Shown: positions 37,527 through 49,002, numbered from the stretch's first letter. The stretch: DNA of 64,000 nucleotides from a virus (IMGVR_UViG_3300032219_002227:96001-160000); one strand, 5' to 3'. Numbers and translations: made by a program. Notes: a model not told the origin generated them from the letters alone.

Positions 37527-39548
37527 ATGCCAACTTGGAAAAAAGTCATAGTCTCCGGCAGTCAAGCTGAGCTAGCTACATTAAAAGTAGATAATTTAGT
37601 AAATGGTATTGTAACCGGTAGTGCTAACGGATCACTAGGAATAGCCCCAGTAAATGGTACCGGTGCTGTTACATTGACAACAAACGCTACTGGATTAGTC
37701 CATTCTGGTTCATTTAGTGGCTCATTTAGTGGATTACTTATTACTGCTTTACCTGCAGCTAGCCAACCTAACTTTGTTGCCTATAATGTTTCTACTGGAC
37801 AATTATCATATGCTGGTACTGGTTCATTTACAGCTGCAACAGCATCTTATATAACTTCTTCTAACGTTGATGGTCCTTTTGGACGTAATAGTATTTTAAC
37901 TGCCTCATATGCTGTGTTTGCTACTTCAGCATCATATGCTATAAATTCAGGCAACGCTCAAAGTGCTTCATTTGCAACAAATACAGTAAGTGCTTCTTAT
38001 GCATTAAATGCAGGCAACGCTCAATCAGCATCATTTGCAACAAACGCAGGTAGTGCTTCATATGCACTTAATGCTGGTAATGCGCAAACAGCATCTTTCG
38101 CTACAAACGCAAATAGTGCCTCATACGCTGTAAATGCTGGTAATGCTCAAACCGCTTCATTTGCTACTAATGCTGGTGCTGCAGTAACTGCTCAAACAGC
38201 ATCTTCAGCAGATAACTTTTTAGTTAGATCAAGTATTACAGCAACTGGCTCTTTCAACATATCAGGTAGTATTACTTCAACTGGTACTATTACCGCTCAA
38301 ACACTTGTAGTTCAAACAATTACTTCAAGTGTTGATTTCGTAACTGGTTCAACTCGCTTTGGTACTTTAGCTTCTAATACACACTTATTTACAGGAAGTG
38401 TTAGCATCAGTGGTAGTTTGACCGTTCAAGGTGCTGTTAGTGCCTCTAGCTTTACAGGTAGTTTATTAGGTAATGTAACTAGTGCCTCATTTGCTACAAC
38501 TGCTGTTTCATCTTCTTACTCATTAACAGCCACTTCAGCATCATATGCTGTAAATGCTGGTAATGCAATTTCAGCTTCATTCTCTACTAATGCTGTTTCA
38601 TCATCATACGCATTAAATGCAGGTAATGCTATTTCTGCTTCATTCTCAACAAACGCAGGAAGTGCATCATATGCTCTCAACGCAGGTAATGCAATTTCAG
38701 CTTCGTTTGCTACAAACGCAGGAAGTGCTTCATATGCTCTTAATGCAGGTAATGCTCAGAGTGCTTCATTTGCTACAAATGCTGCAAATGCTGCTACAGC
38801 GTCGTTTATCACATCTTCTAACGTAGTTGGTCCTAATGGTCCTAACACGATATTAAGTTCATCATTTGCTATAACAGCATCGTTTGCTCAAAACGGAGGT
38901 TCACTTACTAATGCCTTAACATTTGGTGTAGGCTTATCTGGTAGTGCTGCTTCATTTAATGGTGCTGCTGCAGTAACAGTTGCAATTTCAGGATCTAATT
39001 CCTTAACAACAGGTAACCATCCAAAATGGACAGGTACTGGATTCACAAATAGTCTTATTAGTGATAACGGTACTACAGTTACTATTGCTTCTGGATCTAC
39101 AATTACTGCTGGTGGATTAACAGTAACAGGTAATTCAACGTTTAATAATAATGTAACTATAGCCGGTGACTTAGCAGTTAATGGTACTACAACATTTATT
39201 AATACTACTAATACTTTTATTAAAGATCAGTTTGTATTAATTAATAGTGGTTCTAATACATTAAGTGATGGTGGTATTATAGTACAATATAGTACTGGTT
39301 CTGGAGCTGGACCTGTAGGTTCTGCAATTTTCCTTGAATCAGCAGCAGCTGGAACTTTTGGAAGATGGGCAGTTGCTTATGGAGTAACTGGTTCTCAAAC
39401 TGTAGTAGCTGCTGATGAATATATAGTAAGTACTATAATATCTGCTTCTTCCGCTTTACCAACAGCTCCAACTTGGGGTGGTGCTACAAACGGATTAGGT
39501 AACATGTTTATTAATAGTGTAAACGGTGATATATTTATTTATTCTTAG
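37527..39548 (+). CDS. Tail fibre protein with SAS(Y/F)A repeats
   Basis: MPTWKKVIVSGS start; two tracts of ~21-aa repeats; GDLAVNGTTTFINT.N..IKD motif. Confidence 0.8.
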   Translation: MPTWKKVIVSGSQAELATLKVDNLVNGIVTGSANGSLGIAPVNGTGAVTLTTNATGLVHSGSFSGSFSGLLITALPAASQPNFVAYNVSTGQLSYAGTGSFTAATASYITSSNVDGPFGRNSILTASYAVFATSASYAINSGNAQSASFATNTVSASYALNAGNAQSASFATNAGSASYALNAGNAQTASFATNANSASYAVNAGNAQTASFATNAGAAVTAQTASSADNFLVRSSITATGSFNISGSITSTGTITAQTLVVQTITSSVDFVTGSTRFGTLASNTHLFTGSVSISGSLTVQGAVSASSFTGSLLGNVTSASFATTAVSSSYSLTATSASYAVNAGNAISASFSTNAVSSSYALNAGNAISASFSTNAGSASYALNAGNAISASFATNAGSASYALNAGNAQSASFATNAANAATASFITSSNVVGPNGPNTILSSSFAITASFAQNGGSLTNALTFGVGLSGSAASFNGAAAVTVAISGSNSLTTGNHPKWTGTGFTNSLISDNGTTVTIASGSTITAGGLTVTGNSTFNNNVTIAGDLAVNGTTTFINTTNTFIKDQFVLINSGSNTLSDGGIIVQYSTGSGAGPVGSAIFLESAAAGTFGRWAVAYGVTGSQTVVAADEYIVSTIISASSALPTAPTWGGATNGLGNMFINSVNGDIFIYS

Positions 39549-39556
39549 TAAAATTT

Positions 39557-39790
39557 ATGTTTAATAAAATAAAAAAGTTTATGGGTTTCAGTTCAAAAAA
39601 TATGGTTGTGACTAATGATAGTAATACTCAACAATCTCAAAATACTCCAGTTCCTCATAGCGAATTTTCGCTACAGGAACTGGAGATTCTTTTAATTGCT
39701 TTAAAAGAATGTAATCTAAAAGGATCACAAATTGAGTTATTTTACAATTTAGTATTGAAAATACAAAATAAGTATTTAAGTCAAAAATAA
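39557..39790 (+). CDS. Small protein, possible fibre assembly chaperone
   Basis: Lies between fibre genes; helical C-terminus; start may be 39581. Confidence 0.5.
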   Translation: MFNKIKKFMGFSSKNMVVTNDSNTQQSQNTPVPHSEFSLQELEILLIALKECNLKGSQIELFYNLVLKIQNKYLSQK

Positions 39791-39815
39791 TTAAAAGAGG
39801 TTATATATTTATACC

Positions 39816-39894
39816 CACAACCATGTTGGCCCGAAAGGGAAGTAGGCATATACACGGCATAAGTGTATGTATCTAACCGCAGTATAAAGTTGTG
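39816..39894 (+). ncRNA. Candidate multi-stem structured leader RNA
   Basis: CACAAC/GTTGTG closing stem, CCC-GAAA-GGG, TAGG-C-ATATACAC/GTGTATGT-A-TCTA; directly after ATATTTAT 39805 and before ATG 39906. Confidence 0.55.
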
Positions 39895-39905
39895 AACAAA
39901 TTAAT

Positions 39906-42900
39906 ATGCCAAACTGGAAAAAAGTCATTGTATCTGGCTCAAATGCTACTTTAAACTCTTTATTCGTTAGCACTAGTGTTACGGCTAGTATATTTTCTGG
40001 TTCGGCCTTTACAGGTTCATTATTTGGTACTGCAAGTTGGGCTAATAATGCTACAACATCATCATTTGCAACAAATGCAGGAAGTGCATCTTATGCTCTT
40101 AATGCTGGCAACGCCCAATCCGCTTCATTCGCAGCAACCGCATCCTCAGCAGATAATTTCTTAGTTAGAGGCACGTTAACGGCTCAAACAATTGTAGCTC
40201 AAGTTATAACATCGTCTACTGATTTCGTAACTGGTTCTACTAGATTTGGTACATTACTTTCTAATACACATCAGTTTACTGGTAGTGTTAGTATTACGGG
40301 TAGCCTAGCAATGAATGGGGATATTAATGTAACACCAGATAAAATTATATCTGCAGGAGGTAATGGCTCCGCTCAAGCTGGTGTTTCTATGTGGGGTACA
40401 CAAAATGCTAGTCTTGGATGGGATGGATTTTTTGGTAGAAGTTTATATTATAGTGGATCTAACTATATATATTCATCAACAAATGCTGCTTCTTTATGGG
40501 GAACAGTAGCTGGAATTAGAGTTTTAGGATCAGTAGCAAGTGCTTTACAATTTATAGCTAGACCGGCAACTGAACAAGGGTTAAACGTAACTGCTTCTGA
40601 TATAGGTTCTTATACTAGAATGACTATATTATATGATGGTAATATTGGTATAGGTACAACATCACCAACAGCTACTCTTCATGTTTCTAACAGTACAACA
40701 CCATCAGTTTTCCGAGTAGATACTGCTGGAGGAGTAGGAAGTTTATTTGTTAGTGCAAGCAGTAATGTTGGTATAGGTACTACAACTCCATCAGCAAAAC
40801 TAGATGTTAATGGTAATACTGTAATTACAGGTTCCCTTACAGTCATCACAGGCAGTAATATTGAACTTCAAGTACTAAACACAGGAGTTAGAATAGGAAA
40901 CATCATTACTGATGTTCACACCGTAACAGGTTCACTTGGCGTTAGTGGTAGTGTAACTGCAACCAATTTTACAGGTTCTCTCTTCGGTACCGCTAGTTGG
41001 GCTAATAATGTTGTAAGTTCATCTTATGCACTGAATGCAGGTAATGCTCAAACAGCTTCGTTTGCTATAACTGCTTCTTTTGCTTTAAATGGAGGTGGAG
41101 GCCCCTCAGGTCCATCATCCGGAGCAGCATACACACATACTCAAGCAGCACCTTCTACAACTTGGACTGTAGATCATAATTTAAATAATTCATATCCGGT
41201 AGTTACTGTTTATGATTTTAGCGGATTTGTAGTTGTTCCTTTAAATATATCTTCGTCAAATGTAAATAGAACAACAATAACTTTCTCTTATGGAGCAACA
41301 GGTTATGCTACTGCTGTAGCTGCTGGAGTATCAAATATTATTTCAGCATCGTTTGCTACCAATGCAGCAACTGCTCAAACTGCTTCATTCTTTGGTGGTT
41401 CTATTTCAAGTGCAGTATCAGCATCATATGCTTCCTCTTCTACTTCAGCATCATTTGCTACAAATGCTGTAACAGCTCAAACTGCTTCTTTCTTTAGTGG
41501 AACTGTTACATCAGCATCATATGCTCTTAATGCAGGTAATACTCAAACTGCTTCATTTGCAACTAATGCAAACAGTGCTTCATATGCTTTGAATGCAGGT
41601 AATACTATCTCAGCATCATTCGCTACTAATACAAACAGTGCTTCATACGCATTAAATGCTGGTAATGCTCAATCAGCATCATTCGCTAATAATGCAGGTA
41701 GTGCTTCATATGCTCTGAATGCCGGTAATGCTCAATCATCATCGTTTGCAGCAACAGCCTCATCAGCAGATAACTTTACAGTTAGAGGTACATTAACTGC
41801 TCAAACTATTGTTGTTCAAACAATTACCTCAAGTACTGATTTTATAACTGGATCAACTAGGTTTGGTACTTTGGCTTCTAATACTCATGTGTTTACAGGT
41901 AGCGTTAGTATTAGTGGCAGTCTTACCGTTCAGGGAGCAATTAGTGGTTCTAATATTACTGGTAGTCTTTTAGGAACAGCATCATACGCTAACAATGCTC
42001 TAAGTTCATCTTATGCAGTAAATTCCGGTAATACAATTTCCGCTTCATTCTCAACAAATGCAGGTAGTTCATCATACGCTCTTAATGCTGGTAATACAAT
42101 CTCAGCTTCGTTTACTACAAACGCAGGCAGTGCTTCATACGCATTGAATGCTGGAAATTCTATTACAGCATCGTTTGCAACAAATGCAAACAGTGCTTCA
42201 TATGCATTGAATGCAGGTAATGCTCAAAGTGCTTCATTCGCTACAAATGCAGCAAATGCCTTTATACAAAATGGTAATTCATTTGGTGCACAAGCATTAC
42301 TTGGTACTAATGATGCTCAAAACTTAGCTTTCGAGACTAATGGTACGATTAGGATGACTGTTGATTCTAATGGAAATGTTGGTATTGGAACTAATGTACC
42401 TACTAGATCATTAGATATTAGAGGTGCTGCAAGAATTGAAACTGCAAGTACTACTGAATTTGATTTTATTGGTGGGGGAGGTAATATACTTCGTATTTCA
42501 TGTGGAGCAACCATACCATTTATTGGAACATTAACAAACGCACCCTTAGGCTTTTTTACTGGTGCAACTGAACGTGCACGTATTGATGCTAATGGAAACT
42601 TTGGTATAGGTACTACAGCTCCATCTGCTAGACTAGATGTTAGTGGTAGCACAGTAATTACAGGCTCACTTACAGTCATTACCGGTAGTAATATTGAACT
42701 TCAAGTACTAAATACAGGAGTAAGAATAGGAAATATTATTACTGATGTTCATACTATAACAGGCTCACTCGGTATTAGCGGTAGTGTTACAGCAACTAAT
42801 TTTACAGGTTCATTATTAGGCACTGCTTCATTTGCAACATCTGCTTCTTGGGCACCAGGAGGTGGAGGCGGAGGAACACCAGGAGGTTCAAATACACAAA

Positions 42901-43439
42901 TACAATATAATAATGCATCTACTTTTGGTGGAGTGCCAGTATTAACTTATGATGGTACTACATTAAGAGCAACAGGTTCATTTACTGGATCATTAACAGG
43001 AGCATTAATTGGTACAGCTTCATTTGCAACATCGGCATCATGGGCCCCAAGTGCTGGTGGATCTACATTTCCTTTTACTGGTACTGCTGTTATAACAGGC
43101 TCATTAGTTGTAACTGGATCTTTTGATCTTAATAATACTAGATTTAATTCTACTTCATCCGCAACAACAGCAGGTACAACAATAGTATCTTCTAATGCTA
43201 CTGGTTCTTTTAATTCAGCATTCTATAATTACTATATATCATCTGGTTCAAATGCTAGAGCAGGACAAATTATGTCTGTATGGAGTGGTAGTACAATAAA
43301 TTATACTGAAGTAACAACTACTGATATAGGAAATACAAATACAGCTTCTCTTGCTGTAACATTAGCTACAGGAAATGTGCGTTTAAGTTTTACAGCACCT
43401 GGTGTTTGGACAGTAAGATCAATTGTTAACCTATTATAA
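39906..43439 (+). CDS. Long tail fibre protein (SAS(Y/F)A repeats, GNVGIGT modules)
   Basis: MPNWKKVIVSGS start; duplicated modules; HTQ...TWTVDHNL...PVV; PGGSNTQIQYN. Confidence 0.85.
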   Translation: MPNWKKVIVSGSNATLNSLFVSTSVTASIFSGSAFTGSLFGTASWANNATTSSFATNAGSASYALNAGNAQSASFAATASSADNFLVRGTLTAQTIVAQVITSSTDFVTGSTRFGTLLSNTHQFTGSVSITGSLAMNGDINVTPDKIISAGGNGSAQAGVSMWGTQNASLGWDGFFGRSLYYSGSNYIYSSTNAASLWGTVAGIRVLGSVASALQFIARPATEQGLNVTASDIGSYTRMTILYDGNIGIGTTSPTATLHVSNSTTPSVFRVDTAGGVGSLFVSASSNVGIGTTTPSAKLDVNGNTVITGSLTVITGSNIELQVLNTGVRIGNIITDVHTVTGSLGVSGSVTATNFTGSLFGTASWANNVVSSSYALNAGNAQTASFAITASFALNGGGGPSGPSSGAAYTHTQAAPSTTWTVDHNLNNSYPVVTVYDFSGFVVVPLNISSSNVNRTTITFSYGATGYATAVAAGVSNIISASFATNAATAQTASFFGGSISSAVSASYASSSTSASFATNAVTAQTASFFSGTVTSASYALNAGNTQTASFATNANSASYALNAGNTISASFATNTNSASYALNAGNAQSASFANNAGSASYALNAGNAQSSSFAATASSADNFTVRGTLTAQTIVVQTITSSTDFITGSTRFGTLASNTHVFTGSVSISGSLTVQGAISGSNITGSLLGTASYANNALSSSYAVNSGNTISASFSTNAGSSSYALNAGNTISASFTTNAGSASYALNAGNSITASFATNANSASYALNAGNAQSASFATNAANAFIQNGNSFGAQALLGTNDAQNLAFETNGTIRMTVDSNGNVGIGTNVPTRSLDIRGAARIETASTTEFDFIGGGGNILRISCGATIPFIGTLTNAPLGFFTGATERARIDANGNFGIGTTAPSARLDVSGSTVITGSLTVITGSNIELQVLNTGVRIGNIITDVHTITGSLGISGSVTATNFTGSLLGTASFATSASWAPGGGGGGTPGGSNTQIQYNNASTFGGVPVLTYDGTTLRATGSFTGSLTGALIGTASFATSASWAPSAGGSTFPFTGTAVITGSLVVTGSFDLNNTRFNSTSSATTAGTTIVSSNATGSFNSAFYNYYISSGSNARAGQIMSVWSGSTINYTEVTTTDIGNTNTASLAVTLATGNVRLSFTAPGVWTVRSIVNLL

Positions 43440-43450
43440 AATAAAGGTAT

Positions 43451-45055
43451 ATGGCATTTCATTGTGGACCAAGACCAGAAAATATACTTCCTGTATTTTT
43501 ATTAAATAATTACCCAGGAGCGTCTGCTGCTTATTCTCTTAGAAAAGTAGATTCTGCATATGCTGGATCTGCTATTAAAGTAAGAAGATCGTCTGATAAT
43601 ACTGAACAGGATATAGGATTTGTCAATAATCGATTAGATACCGGATCTCTAACTACTTTTGTTGGATCTGGAAATGGATTTGTTTCTGTATGGTATGATC
43701 AATCTGGAAATGGTAGACACGTAAGTCAATCCGTTTTGACTAGTCAACCTCGAATAGTAAGTGCTAGTGTAATAGAAAATATAGGAGGAAGACCAGTATT
43801 AAATTGGCATACTTCTTCTGTCTATTTAAATAGACAAAATACAACATATAGTGCAAGTGCAGCTTTTTTTGTTGCACGAGCTAGTAGTTCTCATTTTAGT
43901 GCTTTTGCGCCTGTTTTTGGTGGTGCTAATTTAGGAGCATCAGCTGGAGCAATACGACTACAATTAACAACTACATATTATGCTGCTGTTTCTACTGGTG
44001 TTAATACTGGAGGTGATTTAACATTTTCTGATGGTCAGTTTTATATTAATGATAATATAATTAGTGCTAGTTTTGATAATAATAGAAAATATCATATAGG
44101 ATCTGTTATGGCCGGAAGTGCAAGTAGAGTCTTAACTGCTGTGCAAATAGGAGTAGAAAATCTAACTACTAGAACATGGGCTGGACAAATTCAAGAAATG
44201 ATTCTATATCCTAACGACCAATCAGCTAGTAGGGTTAACATCCAGAATAATATAAATAGCTACTACGTAGTATATGATACTACAGGATATAGACTAATAG
44301 ATCCATACATACGTGTTCCTGCAGCTTATTCTTTACGTTTAGTATCGTCAACTTATTATGATAGATTTGCTATCAGAGTAAGAAGATCATCTGATAATGC
44401 TGAACAAGATATTGGATTTGTAGGTGATGATTTAGATACAGCTTCCTTACTTTCATTTGCTGGTGCTGGAAGTGCATTTGTTACTACATGGTACGACCAA
44501 TCTGGTAATCAAAACCATGCTATACAAACAACATCAGCTAACCAACCAAGAATAGTAAATACAGGAAGTCTTGATACAGTAAATGGCAAACCAGCATTGT
44601 ACTTCTCAGGTACTTCAAGTACATTAAGTATAACTACAAATGTTTCATATACATCTAATAATGTTGTTTTTGTTGCAAAAACAGATACATCACCTACTGC
44701 ATATGCTGCTGTATATGCTGGTCAAGCCAATTCAAGAATCATACGATTAGAATTAACAAATGCCTATTATAGACTAAATGGAGTAACATCTGATAGTAAT
44801 GATTATTATTTCGGAGCTAGCATGTTTTTTAATGGAGGAGCAGCTTCAGTTAGTAATAATGCTTTAAACCAACATTTAGTATTTGCTAATAATGGATCTC
44901 CATCTACTTTAAATACTATAGTAGGAATTGGTTCTTATAATAATGCTGCTTTTTGGAAAGGTCATATTCAAGAATTAGTTGTATTTACTCAAAATGTATC
45001 TAGCAGCAGAGCAATAATAGAATCAAATATTAATTCATACTATTTAATATATTAA
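43451..45055 (+). CDS. Tandem ConA/arabinofuranosidase-B-like lectin domain protein (receptor binding)
   Basis: Two copies of AAYSLR...VRRSSDN.EQDIGF...WYDQSGN...QPRIV...W.G.IQE...NINSYY. Confidence 0.8.
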   Translation: MAFHCGPRPENILPVFLLNNYPGASAAYSLRKVDSAYAGSAIKVRRSSDNTEQDIGFVNNRLDTGSLTTFVGSGNGFVSVWYDQSGNGRHVSQSVLTSQPRIVSASVIENIGGRPVLNWHTSSVYLNRQNTTYSASAAFFVARASSSHFSAFAPVFGGANLGASAGAIRLQLTTTYYAAVSTGVNTGGDLTFSDGQFYINDNIISASFDNNRKYHIGSVMAGSASRVLTAVQIGVENLTTRTWAGQIQEMILYPNDQSASRVNIQNNINSYYVVYDTTGYRLIDPYIRVPAAYSLRLVSSTYYDRFAIRVRRSSDNAEQDIGFVGDDLDTASLLSFAGAGSAFVTTWYDQSGNQNHAIQTTSANQPRIVNTGSLDTVNGKPALYFSGTSSTLSITTNVSYTSNNVVFVAKTDTSPTAYAAVYAGQANSRIIRLELTNAYYRLNGVTSDSNDYYFGASMFFNGGAASVSNNALNQHLVFANNGSPSTLNTIVGIGSYNNAAFWKGHIQELVVFTQNVSSSRAIIESNINSYYLIY

Positions 45056-45057
45056 TC

Positions 45058-45933
45058 ATGGGAATAACAGGTGGACCAAATATAGTAAGAGATAGCAGTT
45101 TAATACTGGATTTAGATGCATCTGATGACAACAGTAATTATAGAACTAATGGTAGAATATGGAATGATTTAAGTGGAAATAGTAATACTGGATCTATTGT
45201 AAATGGAGCTGCTTTAAATAATGATAGTCTTGGTAGCTTTACCTTTAATGGTATAAATAGTTATATACTCCTACCAGCTAATTTTTTTAACAACAATGCA
45301 GGAACTCCTTTTACTGTTTCATTATGGTTTAAAACATCTACTGCTGGAATTATATTGGGGCAACAAGATACTAGTTCTCCTAATAGTGCATCTGGATATG
45401 TTCCTGCAATATACACCGATACTAATGGAAAGATTAGAACATCCTGTTTTTGGGGAGGTTCCACTACTAACCAATCAATATCTACATTAACTGTTACTGA
45501 TAATGCATGGCATAATATAACAGTTACTTTTGCTTCTAATTCTCAAATTAGTTATTTAGATGGAAATTCTTTTGCTACTTTAGCTAAAACTCAAACTACT
45601 TATGCTTCTGTATATTATTATTTCATAGGAACAGGAGCCTGGGTTGGTTGGCCATTCCCAGTGTTTAGTCCATTTTTTAGTGGAAGTATAGCAAACATGC
45701 TTTTCTATAATCGTGCCCTTAGTGCTACAGAAGTACAAGCAAACTATAATCAATTTCAATCTCGCTTTAGTTCAACAACATCAAATATAATCACATATGT
45801 AACATTAAACCAAGCAACAGCTATAGGTATATTCAACAATGATGGTATAGAATTTTCAAATATAATAGTTGGATACCCTTCATATGCATTAGCAAATGCT
45901 TTTGTTTTAGTAAATGAACAATCTACAATTTAA
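45058..45933 (+). CDS. LamG-like jelly-roll domain structural protein
   Basis: L.LDASD, WNDLSGN.N.G, FNG.NSY, FTVSLWFK, WHNI, YNRALS..EV..NY. Confidence 0.85.
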   Translation: MGITGGPNIVRDSSLILDLDASDDNSNYRTNGRIWNDLSGNSNTGSIVNGAALNNDSLGSFTFNGINSYILLPANFFNNNAGTPFTVSLWFKTSTAGIILGQQDTSSPNSASGYVPAIYTDTNGKIRTSCFWGGSTTNQSISTLTVTDNAWHNITVTFASNSQISYLDGNSFATLAKTQTTYASVYYYFIGTGAWVGWPFPVFSPFFSGSIANMLFYNRALSATEVQANYNQFQSRFSSTTSNIITYVTLNQATAIGIFNNDGIEFSNIIVGYPSYALANAFVLVNEQSTI

Positions 45934-45974
45934 CAGATATGTATTGTAAAGTATATATCCACAAATCAATATAA

Positions 45975-48900
45975 ATGGCAAAAAATTTAGTAAGAAATTA
46001 TACCTTTAATGCAGCTGCAAAAACAGTAGCATTCTCAGGTCACTACACTTTGAATCAATTATTATTGATTACAAATGCTACTCGCAACATTATTATCTAT
46101 AACTTTGCAGATGCTACTTTAGGAGCTACTAGAAGCTATAATAGTACAACTGACATTACAACATTTACATTAACATATAATACAGCAGCAGCTATGGCTA
46201 ATGCTGATATAATTCAAATATATGTAGATGATTTATACAATGAATTTAGACCGGATGCTGTATTATTAGATCCAGTTGATAAACAAAGGGTATCTACACC
46301 CCAAGCCTTAATTGATACTGACTTTGAATATGGTACTCAAATTACAAAATGGGAAAATCTCATCTTAACAAATAATAGACCGTTTGCTTTTGCTATTCCT
46401 ACTCAGATACCTAGTGTTTCTAGTATGACAATGAATACTAACTCTAGAATTGTAACTGCATCATTATCAGCGGGTGTAGCACCTGCAAACGGTACTCCAA
46501 TTACAGTTCAAGATACTATTTTAATTATAGCAAATGGTAACTATTTAATTGAAACTGGTGGTGGTACAAGTACATTTACATACACAGCTAGAGGCACAAA
46601 TACAACAACTATTACTTCTATATTTGATGCTAATAAAACAAATATATTTAGAGGCCAACTTTTTACAGGAGTTAATATTGGTGGTGCTCCTACAATGGCT
46701 TTTACTTCTTCAAAGATTGATGTTACAACAACAGTTCCTCATGGTCTTTCATTAGGTAATGAAATTGCAATAACTGGATCAACAGCTTCTACTAATGCTC
46801 CAAATGGGTCATTTATTGTTTCAACAATACAATCACCAACTCGATTTTCATATTATGTACCTACAGGATCTATTCCAACAGGTACTCTATCAGGAACTGG
46901 AGCTATAATATACGTAAGACCACCAGGCCAAGTATTACATAGACCATTCGATGGAGGTGTTCAGTTTTCAAGTAATGGTAGCTCAAATTATTCCCATACT
47001 CTTCGCCAAACAAGAAGGTATTTCCGTTACCAGTCAGGTAAAGGTATTCAAATAAGTTCTGGTACTATTTTAAAACCAAATTTCCAAATTGATAGTTTAA
47101 GATCATCTGGTACAACAGTAACTGTTCAAACAAAAGAACAACATAATATTATACCAAATGATACAATTACTGTTTTAGGTGCTAATGAATCTGCTTATAA
47201 TGGTACTTTCGTTGTATCAAACGTAACAGGATACAATACCTTTACTTATACTGCCTTAACAACTCCATCTGCCGCTATTGCATCTGGTCTTTTCTCTTTA
47301 TCAGTAGTAAACTGGTTTGGTGCTGTAAATAGATTAGGTATATTTGATAATCAAAATGGATTATTTTTTGAGTATGACGGTCAGACTCTAAGTGCTGTTA
47401 GAAGAACCTCTACATTTCAACTTTCAGGAGAAGTAACTGTAACTTCTGGTTCAAATACAGTTATTCAAACAAGTACTTCTTTTCCTACAATATTCTCAAA
47501 GCAATTAGTTCCTGGTGATAATATTGTAATTCGAGGTGCCTCTTATAGAGTAATAGATATAGCTAGTGACGTAAGTATGTCTATTAATCCATCTTATAGA
47601 GGAGCAACTTCCCAATTTGCTATTGTATCTAAAACACAAGATATTAAATTCCCTCAATCAACTTGGAACTTAGATAAATTGGATGGTACTGGACCTTCAG
47701 GCTATAATATAGATTTATCTAAAATGCAAATGTTCTATATTGATTATAGTTGGTATGGAGCTGGTTTTATTCGTTGGGGACTTAGAGGAGCTAATGGACA
47801 AGTTACATATTGCCATAAAGTAATAAACAATAATACCAATACAGAAGCATATATGAGATCAGGTAACTTACCTGCTCGTTATGAATCTTTAACTCAACCT
47901 CCAATTACAATATTATCAGCATCTTTTGATACTGCTGCTACAACATTGTTTGTTTCAAGTTCAGCTGGCTTCCCACTTTCAGGCACATTGTGTATTAGAG
48001 ATGCAAGCAAATATGAATTTGTAACTTATCAAGGCACAGGTTCAAATTCATTTAGTATCGTAAAAAGAGAACAATCTGGTTCCTTAGCCTTATCAATGAC
48101 TATGAATAGTGGCTCTAATATAGCCTCAATTGCTCCAGCAGCAACAGCAAGTTTACAAATTGGACAAAGAATTATAGGTCCTGCCTTTCCAGATGGGACA
48201 TTTATTAGTGCAATTTCAAGTTCATTTATAATACTTACTCAAGCATCAACAGGTTCAAACCCAATAGCAATAGCAGCACCAATGGGTGTAGGTACAGCAT
48301 CTAACTTTACATATGCAGCCGATGCTCCTGTAGCAGTTGAATTAGCATATCCAACATTTGCACCTTCAATATCACACTGGGGTACATCGATTATTATGGA
48401 TGGTAGATTCGATGATGATAAATCATTACTATTTACCTATGGCCAATCTATAGCTACAAATATTCCTGTTGGGCAAACAAGAGCTCTATTCTCAATTAGA
48501 ATTTCTCCTTCAGTTGATAGTGGAATACCGGCAGCATTTGGTGCTCGTGAATTAATAAACAGAATGCAGTTAGTATTAAGACAGTTAGGTGTTGCTACAA
48601 ACCAAACAGTTAGTGGTAGTAATATTAACCTACTTGTAAGAGCTAATCTTAACGGAACACCAAGTGGATCTGTAGCAAGAGCATGGACAAACGCAGTATC
48701 AGGTTCAACAACAGCCGTTAACTCATCTTTAGCCCAAATCGCTGACTATGCAGGTCAAAACTACCAAGTAGATGGTGGTGAAACAATAGCTGGTTTCTTT
48801 GTAGATGGTACAGGTACATCAGATCTTTCGCTAGTACGAGATTTAGGTAATTCAATCTTAGGTGGAGGTGGTGCTACATCAAATATTCAAATTTATCCTG

Positions 48901-48995
48901 ATGGTCCTGATATAGTAACTTTTATCGCACAAAACGTAGGTTTAAATACTGTAAACGTATTTGGTCGTATATCATGGACAGAATCACAAGCATAA
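45975..48995 (+). CDS. Large virion structural/fibre protein with HGL-type beta modules
   Basis: YTFNAAAKTV, LLLITN, DPVDKQRVSTPQALIDTDFEYG, PHGL..G..I.I.G, RQTRRYFRYQSGK, SWYGAG. Confidence 0.75.
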   Translation: MAKNLVRNYTFNAAAKTVAFSGHYTLNQLLLITNATRNIIIYNFADATLGATRSYNSTTDITTFTLTYNTAAAMANADIIQIYVDDLYNEFRPDAVLLDPVDKQRVSTPQALIDTDFEYGTQITKWENLILTNNRPFAFAIPTQIPSVSSMTMNTNSRIVTASLSAGVAPANGTPITVQDTILIIANGNYLIETGGGTSTFTYTARGTNTTTITSIFDANKTNIFRGQLFTGVNIGGAPTMAFTSSKIDVTTTVPHGLSLGNEIAITGSTASTNAPNGSFIVSTIQSPTRFSYYVPTGSIPTGTLSGTGAIIYVRPPGQVLHRPFDGGVQFSSNGSSNYSHTLRQTRRYFRYQSGKGIQISSGTILKPNFQIDSLRSSGTTVTVQTKEQHNIIPNDTITVLGANESAYNGTFVVSNVTGYNTFTYTALTTPSAAIASGLFSLSVVNWFGAVNRLGIFDNQNGLFFEYDGQTLSAVRRTSTFQLSGEVTVTSGSNTVIQTSTSFPTIFSKQLVPGDNIVIRGASYRVIDIASDVSMSINPSYRGATSQFAIVSKTQDIKFPQSTWNLDKLDGTGPSGYNIDLSKMQMFYIDYSWYGAGFIRWGLRGANGQVTYCHKVINNNTNTEAYMRSGNLPARYESLTQPPITILSASFDTAATTLFVSSSAGFPLSGTLCIRDASKYEFVTYQGTGSNSFSIVKREQSGSLALSMTMNSGSNIASIAPAATASLQIGQRIIGPAFPDGTFISAISSSFIILTQASTGSNPIAIAAPMGVGTASNFTYAADAPVAVELAYPTFAPSISHWGTSIIMDGRFDDDKSLLFTYGQSIATNIPVGQTRALFSIRISPSVDSGIPAAFGARELINRMQLVLRQLGVATNQTVSGSNINLLVRANLNGTPSGSVARAWTNAVSGSTTAVNSSLAQIADYAGQNYQVDGGETIAGFFVDGTGTSDLSLVRDLGNSILGGGGATSNIQIYPDGPDIVTFIAQNVGLNTVNVFGRISWTESQA

Positions 48996-49002
48996 AAATG
49001 TT

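Noticed and set aside
39816-39894. tRNA gene
   Set aside because: Similar size, but no T-loop GTTCRA and no canonical cloverleaf; no tRNA was seen anywhere in the window.
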